From Catajapyx aquilonaris (taxonomy: Eukaryota), in assembly GCA_000934665.2 (NCBI GenBank), contig KZ539076.1, positions 1 to 35,013 on the forward strand: a stretch of DNA of 35,013 nt, read 5' to 3'. The notes beneath the pieces are model-generated. The model did no database searches, was not told where the DNA came from, and saw only the letters and a list, made by a program, of their open reading frames with translations. A program made the position numbers and the translations under genes. How positions within the stretch are numbered: the first letter of the stretch is position 1; the number at the start of each line of letters is the position of its first letter. Of this stretch, positions 1 through 13,100 are shown piece after piece.

Positions 1-458
1 AGCGGACATATTCAGATTGCCATCCGCAGCAAATTTTTTTAAATGAACACCCTACATTAGTATGAACCCTACGAGACGCATATATTTCCACCCACCTTCT
101 GAGATAATGACAGAGCCTGAAAAATCCGAGGCCCCAGGGATACATTGTGGCCAACCTGCTCCAGGGGATATTAACCGCAGCACTGCCCAGAAAATATGGT
201 GCTCATTCATTATTACCAGAGGAAAAAAAAATTGTACAGCACAAGTTACAGATTTGTGGACTTTATTAGTGCCGAGATGTGACTGGATTTTTTTTTGGAG
301 AGAGAATAGGGTTTGGAAGATTGGAAATGTGTGTAACTCTCAGGTTTTGTAGGTTATTTTTTGTATTTATTTTTATATTTTTAAATAGGCTCATTGTGAG
401 TTGGGAAGAAGTAATCATAAGATGAAGAACAGGCCTCGGGAATATTGTTGTCTGGACC

Positions 459-965
<507 letters not shown>

Positions 966-1192
966 CCTGATTTTTTCGAAGGGTCCTTCAGATCGTAAAA
1001 GAGGGGTAGATAGTGCGACTGGTTTTTAAAATAGACTTTTGTAGATACATGGCAGGATAATGAAGAAAACCGGCCGTTTCCTGTCAAGTGTCGGCACGTG
1101 GAAGCCCGAACCTGGTTATTGTCAGTTGGCAACACTGAACTTCAAATGAATATAATTTTTTTTTCTCCATACGGTATTTTTCTTCTTTACAG

Positions 1193-4100
1193 CCCGGAGA
1201 TATCCAAGTCCGTACCAGCCCGGATACCAGGACTACGAGCACTACCCGCCCGTGTCCGGGGCAGAGTACCCGTACAATGCAGACCCTTACGCCCCTGCAG
1301 GCTACGTGCCTTACAGGGAACCCGGGGTGCCAGTGACCGCCCCGGAGCACGCCCTGGGGGCAGGGGTCGGGGTCGGAGTCGGAGTCGGGGTCGGGGTTGG
1401 AGTGGCCTATGGAGAGAGACCGCCCACACCTCCCAGTCCCAGCGAGAGGAGCGAATCGCCGCCGCCGCAACAAGGTCGAGGTCAGTGTGGGGTCTGCATG
1501 AGAGGTCATCTCGGGTCAGCTGCATGCAACCGAATTTAGTGTTTAGTGATTTGTTGAGACTTGAAACATTTCATGTACTATATCGCTCAAAAAGATAGAG
1601 ACGATTGGCATTTGATTCAAGTGCAAGTTGCACTTGAGTCAAATGCAAAATCGTCTCTATCTTTTTGGGCGATATAGTACATACAGGGTGGTCCAAGTTC
1701 AAGTGTCGTTTTATAACGGCGATTAATAGAAGCGCTTAACGATGACGTAGCAGCGACGTGTAAAATTGCCCACTTCGATGGCGCCGAAGATGCGCCGACG
1801 TGGGACATTTTACGCGTCGCTGCTACGTCATCGCAAAATCACTGCTATTAATCGCCGTTATAAAACGACACTTGAACTTGGACCACCCTGTATTTAGTTG
1901 CTGATTTATTTTCAAAAATTATTAAAGTACAGCCCTATAAATGGGACACTCGAGTCATCTCGGTGCTACGTTTTTAGTGGGGGGGTGTCGGATTACGTAC
2001 GGTAATACCTTACCAAATGCAATTATTTTAGATGCACCCGTTAACTTCACGTTAGGGGGGCATGGTAGGCAAAAGCGTCATTTCCATCTGCAGGAAATGA
2101 ATAATTAAACCTAATGCCAGGTAATGGATAGGCGGACTTGAGGCGCGAAAATGCCTCCCTCCCGTTGCGACTGGAGCGATAGTGATATAAATCGAGAATC
2201 GATTCTTTTTTTTCTCTCTCTCTCTCAATTCGAATCACCAAGAGACGCTTCACTTTCTACTGATGGAAAAGTGCAAATTCGGGTTCTAAAGGTAGAAAAA
2301 AATTTTAAAGACGAGGCTAAATGATGGACTACTTCATCCTAGCTACACCCCCCCCCCCCCNNNNNNNNNNNNNNNNNNNNNNNNNNNNNNNNNNNNNNNN
2401 NNNNNNNNNNNNNNNNGGGGGGGGGGGGGGGGGGGGGGGGGAACTGCTATTATGGGATAGGCTAACAAAATGCTGATCACACTTTTGAGACTTTTTTTTG
2501 GGGGGGGAAGGAAGTTGGGGAAGCTTGAGACCAGGATCTGTTCTAAAACCCTGGTTGCACTCGACAGGCGGGGAAAGACTCTCGCCGAATTTTTAATGGC
2601 TGGAATTTGCTTGTACAGGGTGTAATTTGAGGTCTTACTTCAGACGCGTCTAAAATCCGTTGTGGGGTAATTATGGCCTGTGTAAAAAGCATAGAAATAC
2701 AGGGTGGTCCAAGTTCAAGTGTCGTTTTATAACGGCGATTAATAGCAGTGATTTTGCGATGACGTAGCAGCGACGCGTAAAATGTCCCACTTCGGCGCAT
2801 CTTCGGCGCCATCGAAGTGGGCAATTTTACACGTCGCTGCTACGTCATCGTTAAGCGCTTCTATTAATCGCCGTTATAAAACGACACTTGAACTTGGACC
2901 ACCCTGTATTACTAGCAGAGGAGACCGTTCTTCGCATGGCCGTGCGCATGGTAATGTAATCAGCAACAATCGCTAATTGTTTTTCTTTTCCGCCATGGTA
3001 ACTCGTTGCCATGGACAACCAAACAAACTTTCCATGTTATACATAATTATATGGTGAAATATGATTAAAATTCTTAGTTGTCTGACAGGCCCCCCCTTTA
3101 TACGGTATTGTTCGTTCGACGTTTCCGATTGGCCGCCGTTCCGAGCCTGCGCAATGGGGGAAGGCAGCGCCTCTGGTGGATGAAAGGAGGAATTAGTGTA
3201 TGATTAGAATCCTTCGTTGCATGACCGAGACTTCTGATTTTCTCGCCGTACATTACGCGACGCTTCCGATTGGCTTCCGTTCTGCGCATGCGTAATGAGG
3301 GAAGACAGCTCCTCTGGTGGGTGATCGGAAGAAATAGTATACATAATTATGTAAGAAGATAGAGACAGTGTTGGAATGAAAATGGAAAATTGTGCGCAAA
3401 TTACATCACTATTACACAGTAATTGTGTCACTTTTATTGTCATCACAAAATAGGGTGACATTATTGCGAGGTTGTCGCACTGTCCACCCACCACCTTTTT
3501 CTCTCTAAAAAAAACTGCAATGACACTTAGCCAACTTTTTGCAATTCCGCTCGGTATCGACGTAAAGCTGTTCAAAAGTTTCTTTTATTCCGGTCCTTTT
3601 TTTTTTTTTTTGGCCAAATTTTTTGGCCTGCCCTCTCGTTCCATTCCAGTTTTTTTTCTCCCCCTCTCTAAAAATCTGGTTCCAACTTGGCAAACGTACC
3701 GCTCGACACAGCAGATGCGAGAAAACGGAACCGATGAAAGATGTCGCACTATGCGATAAGACTTATTTTCAAGCGTTCGATAAAACCGAATTGTGGGACT
3801 AGTATTAAACCGAATTGGTGGTGGGCGGACCGGAAATAAGACTCCGACCCTCACTTTTCCTGATAGGAAGTTGCTAGTGTCAGGACACTGCACTGTAAGA
3901 AGAATCGGTAATGGACGCTTTCAGTCGTCCCCATCCGTTTTACACTATTTTACTGTCGGATCATTTTGTTCCGCGTTTGGAACAACAGAGACGTCTTCCG
4001 GTAGCGTCCTGAACTAGATCTGAAGCTGAAATGGACGGTATTATGCAATAATGAGTCAACCCACATGAGATCAGTTTTGTGAAATTCAGTGTTCGTTTCG

Positions 4101-7100
4101 GTCATTTATGGCAGAAGTATGCAGATTTCGCCAGATTGATTTTAACTGATTGATGTACGATCCTTTGTGTATATTATTGTTCCTGGGTTGACACATTATT
4201 GCATAACACCGTCCAAATTACTCTCCAAGCAAGACCTGTCTTGGAGGCTAACTCAGGTCTGCTACTTTGAGTCAGATAAAAATATTAGATCACGTCTAAC
4301 ACCTATTAGGACGACACAGTGTGACTGAACTGATGAGAAATCAGGAGTATAGCGACCCCCTCAGGAGGCTGGTTTGAACTAATGGGTCCGACACTCTCCA
4401 GGGAATCTTATCACACTGTGCTCGAGCCCCCCCTGCATAAATGCATCCAACTGCATGGAAATTATCCACTTCCGTCCGCTAGAACGGGCCATGTTTTTCC
4501 TCTTTGCTAAGTTGCAAGGTTGGATACACACCTTGAACCTCATTAGCCCGGATGTTTGCTTAAAGATTAATGATTCATACTCTGTTGCAATTTTTTGGGC
4601 TCCCAACTTGCGCATTCTTGGGTATTGTATAGGTGTCAACAAGGGAGGCCGGAAGGATGCTGTGGGGGGACAATTGTTAACATCAGTAGGAAGGTCAGTG
4701 GGCGGAAAAGGTCTCTCCCACAGCATCAGGTAGAAAACGTCATTTGAGTCGAGCCCCAGCAGTATTACTAGGGAGGCCATCGATCCAAGTGTGTGCACCG
4801 TGCAGCAGGGGCTCCTGATTCCGCAAAATTTGCATTGTAGATGCGGCCCCCTCTGTTGTGGAGGATGATGCCGTCTTCGCTCATGGGGCTTGGACCATAC
4901 TGTGCGTTGTCTTGTGTCTTTTAAAGTTAACTCATACAGTGTGTGGGGGGCATTTTACACATTTGAAACGTAAATCAGATGTAGAATTGGCTAGGCGTGA
5001 TTCTGTCCCTATACGCACTGACTCATCACCAACGTGCATGTAATACTAGTTCCTCCCTGAGACCGGCTGACCTGATAGTAACGCCATCTCTCGCACGACA
5101 TGATGGTGGCCGGAGTGTGCAGTGGGAGTTTGCGCCATCTATGCATGATGAATAATACTATGTGGTAAATCTGCTAGCCATTCCTCATTAAAGTTGTTTA
5201 AGTGTTACTGTCATACTGATTAGTCTACAAGCTTTGCCATATATTGGGAACGGGTTCACTATAGTGGCTAGGCGAGACTTGGTTTGTTCACGATGATTCA
5301 TCACCAACGTGCATGTAGTACTACTTTTCCCATGAGGGCGGCCATCTGGTTGTGGCATATCGTACTACGTCCAAGGCGGACTGAGCAGTGTTGCCATGAA
5401 GCGTTATCTACTACAGATACACTGAAATGTATTTTTTAGTGGCAGGAACATTATCTCGAATATTTCGGTGGAAATTTCCTGCTATTGAGTAACTGTCCGT
5501 TAATTTTTAGGTGCAGTATTGTATGGCGAAAAACGGAAACTTTGCGGTTGCAGTTTTTTTTTCCGTCTGTTTGTTGATGTCGAAATTATGAACCCTAGGT
5601 GGGGGCTAGGCGAAATGTTATTTTCCGAACCAATGAATAGCCCAGATTCAAATTGACAGCCGGGTACAGTGTGAGTCAGAAACACTTTTTACTGAATAGT
5701 TTTGTTGTGCAACTACCACAAAATTTAGTTACACAGTATTATTGACACCGGTTTGTTGCTTTTGTTCCCTTTTCTATACCTTCCTTGTCGAATTAAAGCT
5801 TATTTTTTTGGCGTTAATTCCGGGAAGGTTCCGGATCGATCTGAAACTCTCCGGAGATGTATTGCACGTGCCTCCCTCCCCTTTTCTGTTTAAAACCCAC
5901 CCACTTCGGAACCCCTCCTCCAACTTTACAACCCCCCCGAATTTTACACACACTAGTTCCATTTGCATGCTAATGGACATCGTATAGGGAACACAGTCTA
6001 AGGTGCCGCAAAATTTTAAAAAACAAGTTCCTCTATTAGTATAAGGAGCGCCATATATGTGAAAGCACTACCTATAGTTGTTATACATTTTGCCCTATTT
6101 CTATCACCTACACATGTCATGACCAGTTATGAATATTTTTGTGGAGATCGAGCCAACATATGTTGCACATGACCTCCATGAACTTCCTACCTTCCTCCAC
6201 GGTAACCTCTGACGGAAATAACTCGCCACAAATTTAGCTTTCTGCTCCAGGTGTCGAAATAAGGATAGTAGACCACTTCAAATAAGACACACCGGAAGCA
6301 TCCATTAAAAAAAAAAAATGTAGCAAATATTCATTATAATTCATAAAATGTACTGGAAATTGATTTTCGTTGCTATAAGCTGTGTGGTTTTTCTAAAGAG
6401 GCTGATAATGTGAATCAATATTTTGGGTATGATATGATTTTTTTTTGCAATTTTTTTTTGTATAGTGGGTGGATGAGATGGCATCACATAGTTTAGGTGT
6501 GAGGAGGGAGGGGGGACGTGGTTGCAAGCCTAGTTGGCTTACCTTCAAATGGCATCCTCCCGTATCTTTGGCTTGAGGTGCCACTTTGGTCGGAAGCCCA
6601 TAGAGGATGTTGCAGAGAGAGTGGGTGGGAAAATGGGCCAGTGCATATGCCTGGACTTGTTGGTTTTTGTCAGTTGGAGGAGTTGGTTTACACTTGGTTG
6701 TTTGTGTTTTGGATGTGCCTGCTGTGTATAGATGCGTTGCGAGTGCGGTCAGAGTGTGCTGAGAGCCTGCATGCCCAGGTCAAAGATCACGATATGGCTC
6801 AGCCACGGTGAGTTCACATTTGTTCCAGTACTGGTGGCGACTCCAGCCCGACGATTCGCTCTTTTTACTGCCAGTGGCGCCACCAGTACGACACCATTAA
6901 TTCGCACTGTTTTGTCCAGTGAGACTGACCTGGCACAACTGGACTTGAAGGGTTGTAATTTGTGTCTTCACTTGAGACTTACTCGAGCGTGTATACAAGG
7001 GACAGTGGCTAGCAGACCGTTAGGGTTTTAGCGCAAATTCGCAGATAATTAACTGGAGTAGTTACCCGGAAGGTTAGACCAGAATCGGTGCAATGCATAC

Positions 7101-10100
7101 AGTGTACTGTTCCGGTTGAAGTAAATCCTAAGCTGCTTGTTTTGCTGACATGGCTATGAAAAAAATTATGTTGATTGCGCGAATTAATTCAGAAAATTGT
7201 GGCCATTTTTTTTGCAAAGTCGAATATTTTTTGACAGCTACTAACAGTTTCTTAATTATAATTAAGCAGCGAACACAGTACACTGCAAAACGTTAAAAGA
7301 GCATTACTAGTGAGTCTCTCATGGAACATAAATTTTTAATGCTCTTCTAATGCTCTGCTGATGCTTTTTAGCAACAAAACAGCATCATAGGAGCATCTAC
7401 AAGAGCAGCATTAAAAATTGATGTTCTGTGAGAGACTCACCATTGATGCTCTTTTAATGTTTTGCGGTTTACAGTGTAGCTAACTGGTACTTTAAATTGA
7501 AACACATTACGTTATGTAGTAATTAGACATTCCGGGTGGTGAAAAAACTATTTGAATAATTAGTTGAAAGATGTCACTTGATTTATAAGTAATGAGGGGC
7601 ATGCCCCCAACAAACTGTTGACTTTTGGCAACATGGCGAACTTTCTAGGAAACTCTTTATTATTTAATGCGATTCTTGCTGCACAACGAGCGTTAGTTGG
7701 CTCTATACGTTGTAGGCTATATGTAAAGCTGGTGAATAATTGCGCGGATTACAAGTGAAATGTGACGTATTTTTTATGTAAAAAAGCTGAGGCTTCAACG
7801 TACTTGACATTTTGCTATTACGTGTTAAATACGTTGCAACAATCTCTGACTTGCGCCAGAATTTCTCGTATGATCCAAAATGCGGTTATTGATTCAGTGT
7901 TGCGTTTGTACAGCTTTGCAGAGTTTAGTGCTTTAAGAATTAGCAATATTTTGCAACATTTTTTACGTATGTTGTGCTACATTTTTGCGCATATTTTTAG
8001 ACACTGTCCTTGGTTACTCAATGATGTTACGGAATTTTTCGGTTCTTAATTCGGCAACTTTTTTGAACCAAACCTGAATTTGCGACAGTCATGCTTCAGA
8101 ATATTTTGCGACATTTCTACATACATTTTGCGATTTGTCTACATATTTTTAGAGACTGTCCTTGGTATATACTCAATGTGGCTGAATTTTTCGGATCGCC
8201 AAATTTTTTGAACCAAACTAAAATTTGCAACACTGACCAAATACCGGAAGAGTGACCCGAATTTTTCGCCCCAAAAAAGTAGGGTAGTGTCCCATTCTTT
8301 AAAAAAAAACATATCCCGATGCGACCTCGAGTTTAAAAACACATGTATTGTCAAGGACCCCTGAGTTTTATTTTTAGTCTGTGACATAACACCTAGTTTT
8401 TTTTCCTCTCTCTCTCACACTCAATGAGTCTTGTACACAGGAAGTGCAAAGCTGGGGGAAATAGTTTCGTGCTACTCGCCTATGAATCACTAGTCCAGTG
8501 CTAAAAATAGTTCCATTCATTAGAAGTCGATACACACATACACGCAGAGGTTACAATTGGGTGTTACTATTATTACGTGTGTGATTTGCCCCTTCAGGCT
8601 GATATTGATCAATTTCGGTCCGATTACCGTGTGAATAATATATTATGGATATGCTGATTGATGCAATTTCTTTGTTTGTTTGTTTGTTAAACTTTTTTTT
8701 AAAGGATATTGTGTTTTTTTGGGGGGGAAGCTGGGCCAATGGCGATGGGTGGGAAAAAAAAAATTCGTCTCTTGCTGTATTGATCGTTGGCATGGTGTAG
8801 AAAATTAGGTTGTGGCAGTAACCATAGCGCATTTTTAAAGGGGGTATGCTCCCCAATGTTTTTAGTACTACGTAAACATAGAGTTTTGTGGGGAGCTTGT
8901 TGTAACCAGAATATTACTCAGAGTGGATTGAACCTGCGGGGTGGGGGGGAAGTAAATCAATACGGGTTGTAACTACCTAGCCTGGAGTTTGTTTTCTGGG
9001 GAAAAGTCTGAAGGATTTGGAGTTTAAAAAATTTGGAGCTAATTATGAAGGTAATGAATTAAAATTGAGCTGCAGTGCAGTGACCTCTACTGTAACATGA
9101 TTTGTTCATTACTCTTTGGGGAGTTTAAATAATTGTGAATTTTTTGGTACAGTGCTTTGTTGACTCATTGTTTTCGAATTTTTCAGATTACCTGCGGAAA
9201 GGTGTGGCCTACCCGCAGTCTGGGTATGACGAACTGGATGCGACTCTGGTGCCACCTCGCCCGGATGCGTACAGGAACACTCCGTCACCTGGGATCTTAG
9301 GCGATCGCTATGGTATGCTGGGGCTGTCAATTGCGAAGCTTAAAACAGCACCAAACATTTTTATTTGGTTCATCACATGCGCACAAATTACTCTGTCGTG
9401 ACTTGAACTTGGGCGTCGTTGATTGCGGAGATAGAAACACAACCTATGAATGTATATCAAACTCTTTGGAAACTACTGCAACTGTTGCGACTGGCATAGG
9501 AATTGGTTCGCATTAGCTGTGTTGCAGATTTTGTTTGTATGTAACATAGCCCATTTGTAAAGTCACGGCAGAGTACAGTACGTACTTTGCACACTGCACC
9601 TTTTTTTGAGTTTGGCACACCTTTTTGCAACATATCAGGCGAGGTGGATCAGCAGCCCATCTATAGCTATGAGACCTCGAACCCTTACGGGAACCTCCCA
9701 CCAAGGGGTTACAACCCGCAGTCAGAGCGGGATCCCCACCTGGTGGGACAGGAGAATGGTCCGTCTTCTGCACCAAGGGCATTCTTTGATGATGAGGATG
9801 ACGAGCACTTTGCCCCCCACCATCCTGGCATGGTCTCCCCTCACCCCTTAGACGGAGACAGAATGGGTTTGTTTCGTTTGTTCGCCTTTTTTAAGTTTTG
9901 GGGGCTTGATTTTATTGGCTTGGTTCCATTTTCGATCCGCCGAGCAGTCACCAAGATGTTGCGACCCTGTTTTGCTTTACTGCAATCGTTTCAGACAATT
10001 TGTTTGAATATTTATGGATATGTTGATGGGTTTCTTCCTGTTACTTACCCGGCACACTTTCGAAGCACGGCACTTTAAGATTTGCGGCATTAATATTCGT

Positions 10101-13100
10101 TCAATAAACATGTGTTTTGGGTTACCGGTTTGTGCGCACATCACCTTATCTCAATTTGACTTCCTATCATGTAACCCTTTCTAAGCTGCATTTACATGCG
10201 AGCGATTTATCAGCAATGTTGCAGCAACGTACATTGCCGAGCGATGAGACCAACTGTTTTGTGCAAAAATATATTGTTAATATCGCTCAACATTGCTACA
10301 ACATCGGCGATAAATCACTCGTATGTAAATGCGGCGTACATGCTAGGATAGTAACAAAGTACTTTATCAGACTAAACACTATAATAAGAAACAACAGTTT
10401 CTCACACTAGTAACATGTGCTGCTACATATCATTACGACAGACTTTGACAGGTAAATATTTTTTTGCTCATTTTGCACCTACATACATCTTTACACTGCC
10501 GATATCACTCTGCGTCATGCAGTGGGTGATTCCGACAAGATGTTGCGATTCTGACAAGATGTTGCGCTTACGACTGACTTTGCCTTTAGGTGTGCGATGG
10601 AGAGACCCCGACTTGCACGAGGTGATTGAGTTCCTCAACAACCCCAACAACGTGGTGAAGGCGAATGCAGCGGCCTACCTGCAGCATTTGTGCTACATGG
10701 ACGACCCAATCAAGCAGAAGACGCGTGTCCTGGGTGGGATCCCACCGCTTGTGGCATTGCTCAACCACGAGGGACCCGAAGTCCACCGGAATGCATGCGG
10801 GGCCTTAAGGTTGGTCACTTGGGCTTTTGAAGTTGTACAAGCAAAACCTTACCAACTTCTGTTTGTGCAGGAATTTGTCGTATGGTCGACAGAATGATGA
10901 GAACAAGAAGGCTATAAAGAACGCAGGTGGCATCCCGGCACTGGTCCGTCTGCTGAGGAAGACTCCGGACAACGAGGTTAAGGAGCTGGTGACAGGAGTG
11001 CTGTGGAACCTCTCCTCATGCGAAGTGAGCACACCGCTTGAGGCTAGAGCTGCTTCCATCCGCGTCCCCCTGTGTAAAGCAGGAACTCTCACTTTACAGG
11101 AACTCAAAAAGCCCATTATCGATGACGGACTGGTCGTGCTGGTCAACCACGTCATCATTCCACACTCTGGATGGGACAGGAATGCTCCAGGGCAGGAGAC
11201 CTGCTGGACAACAGTGTTCCGGAATGCATCAGGAGTTCTCAGGTCAGGCAGCAGTTCAACGAAGACGATTCTGTTTTGTAGCTGATGTACTGACGATGCA
11301 TGTTATCTTTTCGGTGTGAGTGTTGTGACAGATTACAACTTCAAATATGATGCAGCCATAGCATGCCTGTCCTGAACTGGATTCCATCATATGAATATGT
11401 GCTGGGACGAAACAATATGTGTTTCATGCATGAAACTTTGGACCTCGTTGGTTCGTTGTCGTGTGAAGCAATTTGGTTACAAGTTCTTGTTTTCAATAGG
11501 AATGTGAGCTCGGCAGGCGAGTATGCACGGAAAAAGCTTCGTGAGTGCGAGGGGCTGGTGGATGCCCTCCTTCATGTGGTGAAGGCTGCCCTGGAGAAGT
11601 CCGACATCGACGACAAGAGTGTGGAGAACTGCGTGTGCATCCTCAGAAACCTGAGTTACCGTTGTCAGGAGGTGGAGGATCCCAACTACGACAAGCACCC
11701 TCTGCCCACACAGAGCCGGGCATCCGCTCAACCCAACAAAGGTGAAACAACATGCATTTGCTCCTTTGCTTGCTGTATTTAATTGTCGTGGCGGAGTTTT
11801 GTGGTTAATGTTGTGTACTGGTCTTGTTTCTCCGAATAGCTTACAGTTTGTGTCAAGGTACGTACGACTGCCCGTTAGGGGCCATTTCCTTTGTACGTAG
11901 AGTAGAATATTATGATCTTGGTCTTTGCTGAAAGCAGGAAATGTGTAGGTATATTGTTTCTGGAAAAATTGCATCCGATTTGATTGCGGCTGTTCTAGCC
12001 ATGTCGGTCTGACGTAACATTCACAACTGTGCAGCATACAGCATGGGTAGTTTGACTCATTATGCAGTACGTAGGATGTAATTAGGTGTGATTGCTCAAC
12101 TGGCCAGTGCATTCCAAGTGGCATATGGGTCAAAATCCATTTTGTCTGTCCATCTAGCCTCTTCTTCTCAAGAGGTCTCACGTTTCGCAATTGTATGGTA
12201 AAAGTTGTGTTGGATTTCAGCATTTTAAAGGTTGCATCATCCTTTGTGAGATTATTTTTTCAAACATTTCTCTTTGCGATTGTAATGTCTTGAGCACAAA
12301 ATTTGGGCTGTATTGTAGGACTATCATGTAAGGATCTGTAATTTCTGGCTTGCCGTCCTCATAACTGGTCAGTAATAAAAGCACTACAGTCTTCTGCATA
12401 CCTATCTGTAGACTCGACATTGCACATTCTTGGATTTTCCCGCTATTGTTATGTTCATTGAGAGTCATACATTTTGCACTCTAGGCGACAACCTGGGCTG
12501 CTTTGGTGCAAGCCGCAAAAAGAAGGAAGCGTCGCAACAGCAACAGAAGGACTCGACCGGCTCAAGCAGGGGCACGAACCAACAACCGACCACGCAGCAA
12601 CAGCAGCGTTCGGATCCTGTTCGAGGCATGGAACTTCTCTGGCAGCCCGAAGTTGTTCAACCTTACCTCTCACTCCTTTCAAACTGCTCCAACCCTGAAA
12701 CCCTCGAAGCTGCGGCTGGTGCCATTCAAAACCTCGCTGCCTGTTACTGGCAGCCAAGCATCGACATTCGGGCAGCGGTGAGAAAAGACAAAGGGCTGCC
12801 CATCCTGGTGGAGCTCTTGCGCATGGAGGTCGACAGGGTGGTGTGTGCAGTTGCAACGGCTCTTCGCAACCTGGCCATCGACCAGAGGAACAAGGAGCTG
12901 ATTGGAAAGTACGCCATGAGGGACCTGGTTCAGAAGCTGCCATCGGGCAACCCCCAGCATGACCAGGGAACGTCAGACGAAACCATCTCGGCAGTACTGG
13001 CCACACTCAACGAGGTCATCAAGAAGAACGCCGACTTCTCCAGGCCAGTACCAAGTCCTCTTTTAAAAGGTTATCAGACTAGAGGAAAATGAAGTGATTG

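Noticed and set aside
1361..1404. (Gly-Val)n run in the first catenin exon
   Set aside because: Simple hexanucleotide repeat in a disordered region; no evidence of a special function.
1617..2976. Short ORFs sharing [16 protein letters not shown]
   Set aside because: Translations of the MITE inverted repeats, not a protein family.
4379..4798. 139-aa minus-strand ORF in the large intron
   Set aside because: No recognisable domain or convincing splice context; possibly TE debris. BLASTX would be needed.
11477..13006. Long antisense ORFs (248 aa, 183 aa) over the catenin gene
   Set aside because: They overlap GC-rich catenin exons on the opposite strand and contain no recognisable motifs.
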